From: an uncultured candidate division Zixibacteria bacterium
GTDB taxonomy: Bacteria; Zixibacteria; MSB-5A5; UBA10806
Length of the DNA stretch: 64,000 nt
Direction: 5' to 3'
Assembly (NCBI GenBank): GCA_963801605.1
Contig: CAWDFP010000006.1
Coordinates: 1,216,001 to 1,280,000 of the forward strand
The translations under genes and the position numbers were made by a program. Under the pieces are notes generated by a model that saw nothing but the letters and a program-made list of their open reading frames with translations, had not been told where the DNA came from and searched no databases. Each line of letters begins with the position of its first letter. Position 1 is the stretch's first letter. Below are positions 11,337 to 25,846 of the stretch, in pieces.

Positions 11337-12028
11337 AACTGCCCTGACAGGCATTATTATATTTACTTTTCTATTTGCCTGTGGGCTTCCGCCCAAAGAT
11401 AAACCTCTTGAGCCGCGTCTGCTGTTTACGACCGGCTCATCTTTTTTAGACAATGTCAGCAGCGTGGCGTTAAAGGGGCAAATTTCATTCGAGGGCGGGT
11501 AAAATCGATCAATCCGGTGGTTTCCAGTTATTCATCAATGGCCGGGACTCACTCTCATTCATAGTCGATGGCCCCTTCGGAACTGATATTTTTAGAATGA
11601 TTATTGTTGGCGATACCGCTTTCCTGCTTTCAAACAAAGAGGAGGGTTGGGTAACTCTGAAAAAAGATGAGGATATATCAATCCCTGAGTATGGTATCGA
11701 AAATATATCTCCTTTTTTGCTGGGCTTGTTTGCTTTTCCGCAATATTATCTGAATTCCAATTCGGGTGATTCGCTTTCTGATGAGTACTCTTTTCGCAAT
11801 CAAAAGATTGTCAGCCAGTTTGGACGGAACGACCGTGAGTTTTTATTGATCGACCCGCATTCGCTGGTGGCCGGAGCCTACACAAAGCGAAAAAACTTTA
11901 ACGATGGATTCTTTCCGTCAATGGTTAGGATTTTTGAACCCGGCCGCGATTGGCAGATAACTCTTCAGATCGATAAAATTCGCCTCAGCCCGCCACTCCC
12001 CGAAAGCATCTGGAAAAGAGGATTATAG
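11311..12028 (+). CDS. Putative lipoprotein (LolB/DUF4292-like); apparent +1 frameshift near 11498
   Basis: GGAGG RBS, TTG start, hydrophobic stretch ending in lipobox LFAC; removing one G at GGCGGGTAAA joins it to ORF 11597-12028. Confidence 0.6.
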
Positions 12029-12045
12029 TATTTGCCTCTAAAAAT

Positions 12046-12074
12046 AAAAAAATCCCGACGATAGCGCCGGGATC
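12046..12074. terminator. Putative terminator between convergent genes
   Basis: ATCCCG(A)CG-ATAG-CG(C)CGGGAT hairpin preceded by an A-run. Confidence 0.5.
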
Positions 12075-12097
12075 AATATAAAATATATTAGCAAAAA

Positions 12098-12301
12098 CTA
12101 AAGCTTCATCACCTCCGTGGCCTGCGGCCCTCTCGGACCCATGGCAAAATTATATTCCACCATTTGACCCTGCGTTAAGGTTTTGAAGCCCTCGTCCTTG
12201 ATGGCTGAGTAATGGACGAAGATGTCGGTGCCACCCTCCGGCGGCTTGATGAACCCGAATCCCTTTTTCTCGTCGAACCATTTGACCACGCCAGTCGGCA
12301 T
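12098..12301 (-). CDS. Cold-shock domain protein (CspA family)
   Basis: GVVKWF, RNP1 KGFGFI, RNP2 IFVHYS; RBS AGGAGG. Confidence 0.95.
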   Translation of the reverse strand: MPTGVVKWFDEKKGFGFIKPPEGGTDIFVHYSAIKDEGFKTLTQGQMVEYNFAMGPRGPQATEVMKL

Positions 12302-12347
12302 GAACTACCCTCCTAAAAAAGTTAAAACTGTAACGAAACCGTTAATT

Positions 12348-12375
12348 TTATCGGCATCTAAAGACGATTATTTAG
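12348..12375 (-). promoter_or_regulatory. Sigma-28 (FliA/SigD)-type promoter upstream of csp gene
   Basis: Minus strand CTAAA-15 nt-GCCGATAA, an exact consensus match. Confidence 0.6.
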
Positions 12376-12434
12376 CACGTTGGACTGCCGCACTCGATTA
12401 GCTGATAGTTATTTCTAAAGAGTAGCCCGCAGGC

Positions 12435-13691
12435 TTATGTTCCCATTTCCCAGGAAGTCAGATACTCTCTCTGCTCTGCAGTGAGCTTGTCGATAGTGAC
12501 TCCCATTGTTTGCAGCTTGAGCCGAGCGATTTCCATATCTATCTTATCCGGCAAAGCATAAACTCTGCGCTGCAATTTGGAGGCATTCCGCAAAACCCAT
12601 TCGGCCCCCAGCGACTGATTGGCGAAACTCATATCCATCACGGCTGCCGGATGTCCCTCTGCTGATGCCAGGTTGATCAATCTTCCCTCGGCCAAAAGCA
12701 GGATATGCTTGCTGCCCTTAAGCGTATACTCCACCACGTTCGGACGAATATCGCGCTTTTTGGTAGCCATTTTTTCGAGCGATTTGATATCGATCTCAAC
12801 ATCAAAATGGCCGGAATTTGCCACGATGGCGCCATCTTTCATAAGCTTGAAATGCTCGCCAGTGACAACATTGATATCGCCGGTTAAAGTCACAAAGATA
12901 TCGCCAATCTTCGCGGCCTTGCTCATCGGCATGACCCGGTAACCATCCATAACCGCCTCGATTGCCTTGAGCGGATCGATCTCGGTTACGATGACGTTAG
13001 CGCCCAGCCCGGAGGCCCGTCTGGCTACGCCTCGCCCGCACCAGCCGTAACCGGCTACCACGAAATTCGAACCGGCCAGAAGATAGTTGGTGGCCCGCAG
13101 AATACCGTCGATAGTGGATTGTCCGGTGCCGTAGCGATTATCGAAAAGATGCTTGGTAAGCGAATCGTTGATCGCCAAAACCGGGAAAAGGAGCACACCT
13201 TTCTTTTCCATCGCTTTTAGCCTGATAACACCTGTGGTTGTCTCTTCCGAGCCGCCCATTATCTCCGAGGCTTGTTTTTGACGCTTGGTATGAAGAGTGC
13301 TCACCAGGTCGGCCCCATCGTCCATGGTAATGGATGGGTGGATATCGAGACAGGCGTTGATATGATCGTAATATACTTTATTGGATTCGGCCCTGATTGC
13401 AAATACCGGAATTTTGTGATCTGCTACCAGCGAAGCAGCTACATCGTCCTGAGTAGATAGAGGGTTTGAGGCACACAGGTAAGGCATAGCCCCGCCCGCC
13501 TTGAGTGTAATCATGAGATTGGCGGTTTCAGTCGTCACATGCAGGCAGCATGCCATCTTAACCCCTTTGAGGGGCTTATCTTTTGAAAATCTTTGCCGGA
13601 TTGAACGCAGCACAGGCATGAACTTTTCAGCCCATTCGATTCGGTTTTTGCCGGTTTTGGCAAGCTTTAGGTCTTTGACATCGTAATTCAT
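12435..13691 (-). CDS. ahcY: Adenosylhomocysteinase
   Basis: [43 protein letters not shown]. Confidence 0.97.
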   Translation of the reverse strand: MNYDVKDLKLAKTGKNRIEWAEKFMPVLRSIRQRFSKDKPLKGVKMACCLHVTTETANLMITLKAGGAMPYLCASNPLSTQDDVAASLVADHKIPVFAIRAESNKVYYDHINACLDIHPSITMDDGADLVSTLHTKRQKQASEIMGGSEETTTGVIRLKAMEKKGVLLFPVLAINDSLTKHLFDNRYGTGQSTIDGILRATNYLLAGSNFVVAGYGWCGRGVARRASGLGANVIVTEIDPLKAIEAVMDGYRVMPMSKAAKIGDIFVTLTGDINVVTGEHFKLMKDGAIVANSGHFDVEIDIKSLEKMATKKRDIRPNVVEYTLKGSKHILLLAEGRLINLASAEGHPAAVMDMSFANQSLGAEWVLRNASKLQRRVYALPDKIDMEIARLKLQTMGVTIDKLTAEQREYLTSWEMGT

Positions 13692-13709
13692 TCGGCCCTC
13701 TATGGTAAT

Positions 13710-14873
13710 TTATGCGTCTTTTATCAGTTGGTCGACTTTGTCGGTTTTTTCCCAGGTGAAATTGGGCATCTCACGTCCGAAATGGCCATACGCGGCGGTC
13801 TCATTGAAAATTGGCCGTTGAAGGTTAAGGTCGCGGATGATGCCTCGCGGGGTAAGATCAAAATGCTTTCTAACAAGCTCTGTTAATCTCGAATTAGGCA
13901 TAAGCCCGGTGCCGTTGGTAAATACCATAACGGAGACTGGCTCGGCCACTCCAATAGCATAAGCTAATTGTACCATGCACTCCGCGCATAACCCGGCAGC
14001 CACCAGATTTTTGGCGATATACCTTGCCATATAAGTTGCAGAACGATCCACCTTGGTCGGGTCTTTTCCGGAGAAAGCGCCGCCGCCATGAGGCGCGGAA
14101 CCGCCGTAGGTATCAACGATAATTTTGCGGCCGGTCATTCCGGTATCTGATTGGGGTCCGCCGATAACGAATTTTCCGGTAGGATTGACGAGATACTTGG
14201 TATTTCTATCAAGCATTTCTTTGGGCACGATTGGCATTACCACTTCCTGGATAATCTCTTCTTTGGCGCGGTTGGTAATTTTTTTTCCGGTACTATCCAG
14301 GATATCCTCAGTATGCTGCGAGGAAAGAAGCACCGTATCGATTCGGCAGGGACGTCCATCGGCAAATTCCACTGTAACCTGGGTTTTGCCATCGGGGCCG
14401 AGATAGGGGAGAACGCCTGTTTTTCTAATCTTCGATAGCTGCATGGCCAGCTTGTGCGCCAGGCTTATCGGAAGAGGCATTAGTTCAGGTGTTTGATTGA
14501 TCGCATACCCAATCATTAACCCCTGATCGCCGGCTCCACCGGTATCGACTCCCTGCGCGATATCAGGTGACTGCGACCCGATAGCATTTAGTATTCCGCA
14601 GGTCTTATGATTAAAACCGTATTTGGAATCGGTATATCCAATCTTGCGTAAAACGTCTCTAACGAGACCGTTGACATCTACATAACCATTTGTGGTGATT
14701 TCGCCTCCGACAATAACGAGCCCCACAGTAATAAAGGTCTCGCAAGCTACCCGGCCGTTGACATCTTGTTTTAAGACATCATCAAGCACGGCATCGGAAA
14801 TTTGATCGCATACTTTGTCAGGATGCCCCTCCGTCACCGACTCGGAGGTGAATAGGTATTTGTCTTTAATCAC
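13710..14873 (-). CDS. metK: S-adenosylmethionine synthetase
   Basis: [35 protein letters not shown]. Confidence 0.97.
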   Translation of the reverse strand: MIKDKYLFTSESVTEGHPDKVCDQISDAVLDDVLKQDVNGRVACETFITVGLVIVGGEITTNGYVDVNGLVRDVLRKIGYTDSKYGFNHKTCGILNAIGSQSPDIAQGVDTGGAGDQGLMIGYAINQTPELMPLPISLAHKLAMQLSKIRKTGVLPYLGPDGKTQVTVEFADGRPCRIDTVLLSSQHTEDILDSTGKKITNRAKEEIIQEVVMPIVPKEMLDRNTKYLVNPTGKFVIGGPQSDTGMTGRKIIVDTYGGSAPHGGGAFSGKDPTKVDRSATYMARYIAKNLVAAGLCAECMVQLAYAIGVAEPVSVMVFTNGTGLMPNSRLTELVRKHFDLTPRGIIRDLNLQRPIFNETAAYGHFGREMPNFTWEKTDKVDQLIKDA

Positions 14874-15005
14874 TTTGCCTCCGCAAAACTTGGTTTACCC
14901 CTCCTGAATTGGGGCAATTTAAATAACTCTGGTCCCCCAAGCAAGTAATTCTTGGGTTATTATCAATAACATTTATAAATGATTTCACTTAAGATAAAAA
15001 CGCCC

Positions 15006-15980
15006 TTAATATCCGATCTCCGAGGAATCCCCCAAATTAACCTTTTGATAGTGGCCCAAAAGATAAGAATGATTTCCCACCAGCGACGAATCCAACATCG
15101 AATCGACTACCTCAGCCGACTCTGAAATGATGCTGTCTTTGACTATCGAGCGGATGATCCTGGAATCGTCACCCACGGAGACATAAGGTCCTACCACCGA
15201 ATTCTCCAGAATCGCCGTTGGCGAAATAAAAACAGGCGGAATAATAACGTTTCCTTCGCGGCGATCTATCGATTTAATTTGTGAAAGCAGATAGCGGTTG
15301 GTGGCTAATAAAGCATCTGGCTTACCGCAGTCAAACCAACCATCGACATTGAAAGTCGTCATCTGGCATCCGTATTTAAGCATCAGCGCCAGGGCATCGG
15401 TTAGCTGATATTCGCCTCGGGTAGTGATTCCCTTCTTCATTAACTCGTCCAAACATTTCGAAAATAGATCGATCGATTTTATATAATAGATTCCTACCAG
15501 GGCCAGGTTCGATGTGGGGTTTTCCGGTTTTTCGACGAGGGCTGTTACAAATTGCCCTTTGGTTTCCGCTATCCCGAAACGTCTTGGATCTTCCACGGTT
15601 TTTGTTCCGATGGAGTCATAAGCGCCTGTAATAACCTTATTTAAGTCGGTCTCGAAAATTGTATCACCCAGGATAATCAATAATGGCTCATTATTAAAGT
15701 GTTCGCGCGTCAGATAGATCGCCCATCCCAGCCCTTTCAATTCTTCTTGCGTCACAAATGTAGATTTCAACGCGGGATAGTTCTTTTTAACATATTCAAC
15801 GATTTGGTCACCCAAAAAACCCACAATGATTACAACCTCCCGAATCCCAAAGGCGCGCACCTCGTCGAGAATGTGCCCTAAAATCGGTTTTCCCGCTACG
15901 TGTAATAGCGCCTTGGGAGCGGTGTGGGTATGCGGTCTGAGACGGCTTCCAATTCCCGCCGCCGGTATGATTGCTTTCAA
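15006..15980 (-). CDS. Sugar-phosphate nucleotidyltransferase (glucose-1-P thymidylyltransferase-like, with C-terminal beta-helix)
   Basis: IPAAGIGSRLRP, PK, VEKP, RGEYQLTD, WFDCG. Confidence 0.88.
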   Translation of the reverse strand: MKAIIPAAGIGSRLRPHTHTAPKALLHVAGKPILGHILDEVRAFGIREVVIIVGFLGDQIVEYVKKNYPALKSTFVTQEELKGLGWAIYLTREHFNNEPLLIILGDTIFETDLNKVITGAYDSIGTKTVEDPRRFGIAETKGQFVTALVEKPENPTSNLALVGIYYIKSIDLFSKCLDELMKKGITTRGEYQLTDALALMLKYGCQMTTFNVDGWFDCGKPDALLATNRYLLSQIKSIDRREGNVIIPPVFISPTAILENSVVGPYVSVGDDSRIIRSIVKDSIISESAEVVDSMLDSSLVGNHSYLLGHYQKVNLGDSSEIGY

Positions 15981-15987
15981 TCCAACC

Positions 15988-17040
15988 TCAATTCGTTAAC
16001 TTTTCTTTTAAATAGTCAATTGCCGCCACCGGATAAGGATCGACCTCATTCAATAGCGCCAGATAGTAACTCGTAAAATCCAGATATTGGATGAAGAAAA
16101 AGATCCTTTCCAGGTCTTGTCCGGCCCGGTTCTCAAGTGTAATTACTCTAAATCCTTTATCTTTGAGATACTGGGTCACTATTTCCATTCGGGCTTTTAT
16201 ACGCTTATGCTCCTGAATATCTTTCAGGATAACAATTGTAAATTTTTTGTCGAGATCATAGAGTTTATGCCAGCCGACAAGTTCATTGTGATTTTGCTCA
16301 GGGAAAACATTTGTGAAGGCTAACGTCTCGGCATTTTCGCTTATCTGTCCCTTAAAGCGCGTGGCTACGGCATCAAATTTCTCATAACCTGAATAGATTA
16401 CGGGCACTGTGCCGTGAATCTGTAGCGCCAACCATAAGGCCGGATTTTTATCATCATTCGATTCGTAATCCTTTGCCCATCTCTTCATGGACGATGCCGC
16501 CAGCAATATCTCCTCCGATTGCTCCTCGCATAACCCCAGACGCGTCAGAATCATTAACAGCGGGGCAATCGAATATCCCAGGGCGGCCCTTGGCGGTAAT
16601 CCGCCCTTAATCTTAACGACCGGTATTCCATCGCTATCGGCTTTTTGGGCAAGTTTTCCGCCGCTGGTGATCGCAATGATATGAGCCCCGTTATCGATGG
16701 CGTTATCGTAAGCTGCCAGAGTTTCTTCGGTATTGCCTGAATATGACGAGCATATCACCAGCGTTTTGCGATTAACAAAACCTGGTAAACGGTAGTGACG
16801 GCAAACTACAAAAGGAATCTGCATCGATCTATACAAATAGCTTCTGGCAATATCACCGGCTATGGCCGAACCGCCCATCCCGGCCACCACGACGGAGTGA
16901 AACGTTTCCAGCTCCAAACCTTTCAAATCGGCTTGCCTGCCTAATGAGACGCCCTCTTCCAGATTAAACGGCATAGCCTTGATCAAGCCATGCATATCGT
17001 GGCTATCATACATTTCCCTGAGCGCCTGAATATCAGACAT
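15988..17040 (-). CDS. Bifunctional phosphoglucose/phosphomannose isomerase
   Basis: SIS domain GMGGS, SYSGNTEET, PPRAA, ENA, PEQNHNE. Confidence 0.9.
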   Translation of the reverse strand: MSDIQALREMYDSHDMHGLIKAMPFNLEEGVSLGRQADLKGLELETFHSVVVAGMGGSAIAGDIARSYLYRSMQIPFVVCRHYRLPGFVNRKTLVICSSYSGNTEETLAAYDNAIDNGAHIIAITSGGKLAQKADSDGIPVVKIKGGLPPRAALGYSIAPLLMILTRLGLCEEQSEEILLAASSMKRWAKDYESNDDKNPALWLALQIHGTVPVIYSGYEKFDAVATRFKGQISENAETLAFTNVFPEQNHNELVGWHKLYDLDKKFTIVILKDIQEHKRIKARMEIVTQYLKDKGFRVITLENRAGQDLERIFFFIQYLDFTSYYLALLNEVDPYPVAAIDYLKEKLTN

Positions 17041-18829
17041 GCGAATTTCTCCTCGAAAACTCTATGACCGGTATGATATCCGGAAAAACTCGAGCAATTT
17101 CCTTCTTCAGATACGATTCTATGTCGCTATGGCTTTTCATTTCCATTGCAGTTTCGGCTATCTGCTTGGCATCCGAAAAAGTTATCGATCTTATCACCTT
17201 TTTCAATATCCCGGTCATGCGGAATCCACCGGAAAGCTGATCGACACCCAGCCCGATCAATAACACTGCCGCCAGAGGATCGGATGCCATCTCGCCGCAA
17301 ACGCTCACCTTACGTTTATACTTATGCGCTGCTGTTACCGATGTTTTAATAAGGCTTAATATTGCCGGATGGAAACTCTGATAAAGTTTGGAAAGCAGTT
17401 CATGGTCACGATCGACAGCTACCGTATATTGAATAAGATCATTGGTGCCGATTGAAAAGAATTCGGCCTCGCGCGCCAGATGCTCCGAAATTATTGCAGC
17501 GGACGGTACTTCGATCATTATTCCCAGAGGGATATTTGCTTTATAATTAACATTCTCAGCCCGCAACTCCTCCTTAGATTCCTCCAAAATCCGTTTGGTG
17601 GCGATGAGTTCATCGTAATTTGAAATCATCGGAACCATGATCGAAAGATTTCCCAACACCGAAGCCTTAAGAAGAGCTTTTAATTGTATTTTGAAGACAT
17701 CGGGACGATCCAAACAAAACCTGATAGCCCGCCATCCCAGAAAGGGATTAGCCTCGGCATAAGTCCCTGCCATCCCCGGGAATTTGTCGCCCCCGAGATC
17801 AAACGTTCTTATCACAACCGGTTTATCACCCATCTGGCGCAAAATTTCGGAGTAGGCCTCGTACTGTTCGTCAAAAGAGGGGAAATCGGTTCTGGTTAAA
17901 AATAAATACTCAGTGCGATAAAGACCGATACCCATAGCGCCGGCCGCCAGAACCTTGGGCACTTCATTGGGCAGCTCTATATTGGCCAACACCGAAATCT
18001 CTACACCGTCTTTAGTGATTGCAGGCTTGGTCCTGAGTTCCTCGAGCTGACGGTGAAGATTAACCTCAGATTGTTCAAGCTTACGATACTCCTGAATTGT
18101 GCTCTCCGAGGGATTTAATATGAATACCCCTCTGTAACCATCGATAATTACCCTTGCCCCGGAGGGCACTTTTTCAGCAAGCTCGCCTAATCCCAATACG
18201 GCTGGCACTCCCAGGGATTTTGCCATCAAAGCTGCATGCGATGTTGGGCCGCCGACTCCGGTGGCAAATCCTATATTTTTCTTAGATGAGATTGCCAGAA
18301 TATCGCCGGGGGAGAGGAACCGCGATACAACCACGGTTGGACCATCAATATCTCGCAGAATTGTTTGTTTTTCGCCCTTAAGAGAACTTATAAAGCGTGC
18401 AGTTACCGCCTGTATGTCCTGAATGCGTTCTTTAAGATAAGAATCTTTCGATTCTTCAAGTTTGGCGATAACCTTGCGGGCTTCATCATTATAAATATAT
18501 TCGACGCATAAGCCTTCTTTTAATATACGCTGTTCGATCGTCTTATTCCATACTTCATCGCCGGCGATCATCGCTTGAGCATCGAATATCCTCGCAAAAT
18601 CGCGGCCATGCCTTTGAAGCACTACCGCCGCCGTAGTTTCCAGCGAATGTTTAACCTGCGCAATTACATTACGAAAAGTTTGTACTTCGTTTTTTGCGTC
18701 GGATACCTTCGTGGGCGTAATGTTGTTGTTATTTCGCGATAAAGTTCGAGCAATGCCAATAATTATTCCCGGTGATGCGGGAATGCAGTAAAATTCTTCC
18801 TCTTTATCATTATACAACATGAAACTCAT
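17033..18829 (-). CDS. ptsI: PTS enzyme I (PEP-protein phosphotransferase)
   Basis: GGPTSHAA phospho-His motif, GLYRTE, RTFDLGGDK, SIGTNDL, CGEMA. Confidence 0.95.
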   Translation of the reverse strand: MSFMLYNDKEEEFYCIPASPGIIIGIARTLSRNNNNITPTKVSDAKNEVQTFRNVIAQVKHSLETTAAVVLQRHGRDFARIFDAQAMIAGDEVWNKTIEQRILKEGLCVEYIYNDEARKVIAKLEESKDSYLKERIQDIQAVTARFISSLKGEKQTILRDIDGPTVVVSRFLSPGDILAISSKKNIGFATGVGGPTSHAALMAKSLGVPAVLGLGELAEKVPSGARVIIDGYRGVFILNPSESTIQEYRKLEQSEVNLHRQLEELRTKPAITKDGVEISVLANIELPNEVPKVLAAGAMGIGLYRTEYLFLTRTDFPSFDEQYEAYSEILRQMGDKPVVIRTFDLGGDKFPGMAGTYAEANPFLGWRAIRFCLDRPDVFKIQLKALLKASVLGNLSIMVPMISNYDELIATKRILEESKEELRAENVNYKANIPLGIMIEVPSAAIISEHLAREAEFFSIGTNDLIQYTVAVDRDHELLSKLYQSFHPAILSLIKTSVTAAHKYKRKVSVCGEMASDPLAAVLLIGLGVDQLSGGFRMTGILKKVIRSITFSDAKQIAETAMEMKSHSDIESYLKKEIARVFPDIIPVIEFSRRNSHV

Positions 18830-19091
18830 TCCTCACCGAATTTGGATTGAATAACCTGGATGATTGCCTCCACAGCTTCCTTTTCATCCGGTCCTTCTGC
18901 GATAATCGTGATTTTCGATCCCATTTCTGCGGCGAGCATCATCACTCCCATGATGCTTTTGGCATTTACCTCGAGATTGAACCTCTTGAGCTTTATTTCA
19001 GCTTCAAATTTCGAGGCGCGTTGTACGAGTTGCGCCGCCGGACGGGCATGCAGTCCTAATCTATTGATAATTGCGACTTCTTTCTCGAACA

Positions 19092-19092
<1 letters not shown>
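18826..19092 (-). CDS. ptsH: PTS phosphocarrier HPr
   Basis: GLHARPA (His15) and NAKSIMG (Ser46). Confidence 0.95.
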
Positions 19093-21918
<2,826 letters not shown>

Positions 21919-21922
<4 letters not shown>

Positions 21923-22749
21923 GATTTGCTTGCTCCGCTGATTTTTTCAATCATCGAAATTGCACGTTTAGTCTCAGCCACGTCGTGTACCCTTACAATA
22001 TCGGCCCCGTTTAATACCGCATAGCAGGCCGCGGCGATAGAGCCTTCGAGGCGATCTGGCATTTCAAGTTCTTTCCCGACAAATGATTTTCTCGATACAC
22101 CAACCAAAAGGGGATAATCCAAATCGAGAAAACGATGTAGGCTCTTTAGTATCGAAAAATTACCTTCAACTGACTTTCCAAATCCAATGCCTGGATCGAT
22201 GATAAGTCTGTTATTCGCGACTCCGGCCCTGGCTGCTTTATTCGTTGCCGCTTCAAGGTAGGAGTGAATCTCGCCGATCAAATCGTTATATTTGGTGTCC
22301 TTTTGCATTTCCTTGGGGGTTCCGCGCATATGCATCAATATAAGATAGGCTCCGTATTTTGCGGCGACTTCGCCAATTTTCTCATCGAAATTCATTGCGG
22401 AAATATCGTTTACGATTGATGCTCCGGCTTCGAGAGCGCGGCTTGCCACCTCAGATTTGGTTGTGTCGATTGAAATCGGAATATCGAATTCGTCTTTCAG
22501 CTTTTCAAGGATAGGTATTACGCGTTGAATTTCATCTTCGGTAGAAACGCTCTCGGAACCCGGCCTTGACGATTCCCCTCCAATATCGATAATATCTGCT
22601 CCTTCGCTTGCCAGGCGCCTGGCATGCTCTACCGCCTTATCCGGCGCGAAAAATTTACCTCCGTCGGAAAAGGAATCAGGAGTGACGTTGAGAATTCCCA
22701 TGATCAGGGGCCTTTGGCCCAGATCTTTGATTTCTCGGTATCTCGACAT
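21919..22749 (-). CDS. folP: Dihydropteroate synthase
   Basis: MGILNVTPDSFSDGG, GGESSRPG, DPGIGFGK, SRK, RVHDV. Confidence 0.96.
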
Positions 22750-22774
22750 AAAAAACGAGGCTCTCCTCTTATTT

Positions 22775-23332
22775 TTAGTTTGATTTAATCAGCAACAGAG
22801 CTTCCTGTCGTGTTGCTTCATTTTTTAGAGCTCCCCTGACTGCGGAACTTATGGTCCTTATCCCCGGTTGCCTGAGGCCCCTCATTGTCAGGCAGAGTTG
22901 TTCGGCCTCTACCACTACCAAGACGCCCTTGGGATGTAAAACCTCGACAATCGTATCGGCAATTTCGGTGGTCATGCGTTCCTGAATTTGGGGACGACGC
23001 GATAATAACTCAACGACCCGCACCAGGCGCGAAAACCCGGTGATAGTGTTATTCTCGGGAATATAAGCTAAATGCACTTTGCCAAAAAAGGGGAGAAGAT
23101 GATGCTCGCACATTGAGAAAAAGGAAATGTCCCTGGCGATTATCAATTCATCGCGGTTTTCGGCGTGATAGAGTTTAAGCGAGGCCTTTGGATCTTCATC
23201 CTTACCCGCGAAAAATTCACTATAAAAATTGGCTACCCGGCTGGGAGTATCCTTTAATCCTTCGGATTGAAGATCCACTCCGAGGCCTTCCAAAATCAAA
23301 TCAACGCCCTTTTGAATTTTCGCCTTATCCAC
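22775..23332 (-). CDS. folE: GTP cyclohydrolase I
   Basis: [28 protein letters not shown]. Confidence 0.95.
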   Translation of the reverse strand: MDKAKIQKGVDLILEGLGVDLQSEGLKDTPSRVANFYSEFFAGKDEDPKASLKLYHAENRDELIIARDISFFSMCEHHLLPFFGKVHLAYIPENNTITGFSRLVRVVELLSRRPQIQERMTTEIADTIVEVLHPKGVLVVVEAEQLCLTMRGLRQPGIRTISSAVRGALKNEATRQEALLLIKSN

Positions 23333-25325
23333 GGGGTGATTCTCCGCCGGGATCTACGCCGGCTGTTTTTACTTCCAACTGCTCTTCATCATCAACTTGC
23401 TTTAGTATCGCATCGATCTCGGGGCCATCCAGGATTTCCTTTTCAAGCAGGCTCTTGGCCAGTGTGTCGAGTTTTTTGACATTGGCTGTCAGAAGTTCGG
23501 TTGCATTCTTCTCGGCTTCGACGACAATATCCCTAACTTCGTTATCGATTTCCACAGCAATTGCTTCGGAATAATCCCGACGCTTTGCAAAATCCCGGCC
23601 CAGAAATATCTCATCATCTTTTTTACCAAATGTCAGCGGCCCGAGCTTTTCCGACATTCCCCAGTCGCATACCATCTTTCGAGCCAAATTCGTGGCTTGC
23701 TCAAGATCGTTTCCAGCGCCTGTGGTTAGTTGATTAAATTTCAATCTTTCAGCTACGCGGCCTCCCATCATATGTACCAGTCTCGTCTCCAGATACTCCT
23801 TGGAGAGCGTGTGACGTTCATCGATTGGCAGATAATGAGTGAGGCCCAAGGCCATACCGCGAGGAATTATTGTCACCTTGTGAACCGGATCCGAACCCGG
23901 AATAAGCTTGGCTACGAGAGCATGACCGGCCTCATGATAAGCGGTGGTCTTTTTCTCTTCGGGAGAGATGACCAACGACCGTCTCTCGGTGCCCATCATT
24001 ACTTTGTCTTTGGCATCCTCAAAATCGTTCATGCTAACCGAGGTGCGATTGCGGCGAGCGGCCAGCAGCGCGGATTCGTTAACCAGATTGGCCAGATCGG
24101 CGCCCGACATGCCCGGCGTTCCGCGGGCCAAAATCTTGAGATCCACATCGTCAGCCATCTTGATCTTTTTGGCGTGAACTCTCAGAATGCCCTCGCGACC
24201 TTTGATGTCGGGTTGATCGACTACTATCTGACGGTCAAATCGGCCCGGACGAAGCAGCGCAGGATCGAGTACATCGGGACGGTTGGTGGCCGCGATCAGG
24301 ATTACTCCCTCGTTCGATTCAAAACCATCCATTTCGACGAGCAATTGATTTAGCGTTTGTTCACGTTCGTCATGACCGCCGCCAAGCCCCGCGCCGCGGT
24401 GACGGCCCACGGCATCGATCTCATCGATAAATATTATGCAGGGAGCGTTGCGTTTGCCCTGATCAAACAGATCCCGCACACGCGATGCGCCAACGCCCAC
24501 AAACATCTCTACAAAATCGGAACCCGACATCGAGAAAAACGGTACCTGCGCTTCGCCAGCTACGGCCCGCGCCAGCAAAGTCTTGCCTGTTCCGGGAGGG
24601 CCTAAAAGCAGCGCGCCTTTGGGGATTTTTCCGCCAATTTTTGAAATTTACCGGGATCTTTGAGAAATTCGATTATCTCCTCGAGTTCTTGCTTGGCTTC
24701 ATCGCACCCGGCGACATCCGCAAAGGTTACTTTGGGACGAGAGCCCGTTAAGAAGCCGAGCCTTTGATTTTCCAAACGAGAAAATTCCCTTCGGGCCCGC
24801 CCTGCATCTGGCGAAGCATGAAGATCCAGAAAAATATTAAAAAGAGCCAGGGGAGGGTTGCGATCAGCAGGCTGCCCCAATTGCTTGACGGCTTTGGCCT
24901 CGATCGGTACATCATGATCTTCCATAAGCTTGAGAAGTTCGGAATCGCTTGCAAACGGAATCATGCTGGTGAATTTCTTGGCGGTGACAGTCTGGTTTCC
25001 AACCTTTTTGGTGAAATCGTTCTTAAAATCGCCGCTGACCCGACGTTCCTCAAAAGTGACCCGCGATACATTTCCCGCTAAAATCTGATTTTGCAGATCA
25101 GTATAGGTTATTTCCACCGTATCCCGTCCGGTGCCGAAATAGTAGTTGAAAGCCCAGAAGGAAAGTAGGATAATCACTGCCCAGAAGGCCAGCGTCTTTA
25201 ACGGTTTTCTGCCAGTTGAAATCCGGGCCGCTTCCGTCGGGTGCAGGCGGTTTGCCCCGGGGATTGCGACGGTCATCGTCCGGTCCTCCGCGGCTGAAGC
25301 TTATTATCAAGTTTTTGATCGTCAA
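23325..25325 (-). CDS. ftsH: ATP-dependent zinc metalloprotease FtsH; several apparent indels (near 25205, 24893, 24795, 24749, 24633)
   Basis: Two TM helices, [31 protein letters not shown] and HEAGH spread over successive frames; start codon uncertain. Confidence 0.92.
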
Positions 25326-25342
25326 ACTGCTGATTCATTTAC

Positions 25343-25846
25343 TCATCCTTTGGCAATATATGGCAATTGCCGGTACTTTTCATTGTCATCTAATCCGTAT
25401 CCCACCACAAAAACTTCCGGGATGTCAAACCCAACATATTTTATGTTTAAGTCGACTTTTCGTGCCGTTTTTTTATCAAGTAATGTCACGAACTCAACCG
25501 ATTTCGGTTTCCTGAGCTGGATATATTGCATGATATAGTTGCCGGTCAGGCCGCTGTCGATTATATCCTCGACGATTAGCACATGCCGGCCCTGGATATT
25601 TACATTAATATCCTTCAGAAGCCGGACTACTCCCGTGCTGCGATTATTCGAACCGTAAGATGCCACACCCATGAAATCGATCTCGCATTGGATATCGGCC
25701 GCCCGAATCAAATCCGCCATAAAAATAAAGCTTCCCTTTAAAATACCTATAAAGATCGGGTCCTTATCTTTGTAATCGGATGCAATTTTGCGGCCTAACT
25801 TTCGCACCCCGGCCTGGAGCTTCTCCTTAGTTATCAAAGCGCGCAT
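25343..25846 (-). CDS. hpt: Hypoxanthine phosphoribosyltransferase
   Basis: GILKG, VLIVEDIIDSGLT, FVVGYGLD; lies between tilS and ftsH. Confidence 0.95.
   Translation of the reverse strand: MRALITKEKLQAGVRKLGRKIASDYKDKDPIFIGILKGSFIFMADLIRAADIQCEIDFMGVASYGSNNRSTGVVRLLKDINVNIQGRHVLIVEDIIDSGLTGNYIMQYIQLRKPKSVEFVTLLDKKTARKVDLNIKYVGFDIPEVFVVGYGLDDNEKYRQLPYIAKG

Noticed and set aside
14874..15005. SAM riboswitch upstream of metK
   Set aside because: The region is short and no SAM-I core elements were recognisable by eye; an Rfam scan would be decisive
23325..25325. ftsH as a pseudogene or programmed frameshift
   Set aside because: It is a normally essential gene with intact motifs, the indels are scattered with no common slippery site, and the same pattern occurs throughout the window, so error is more likely
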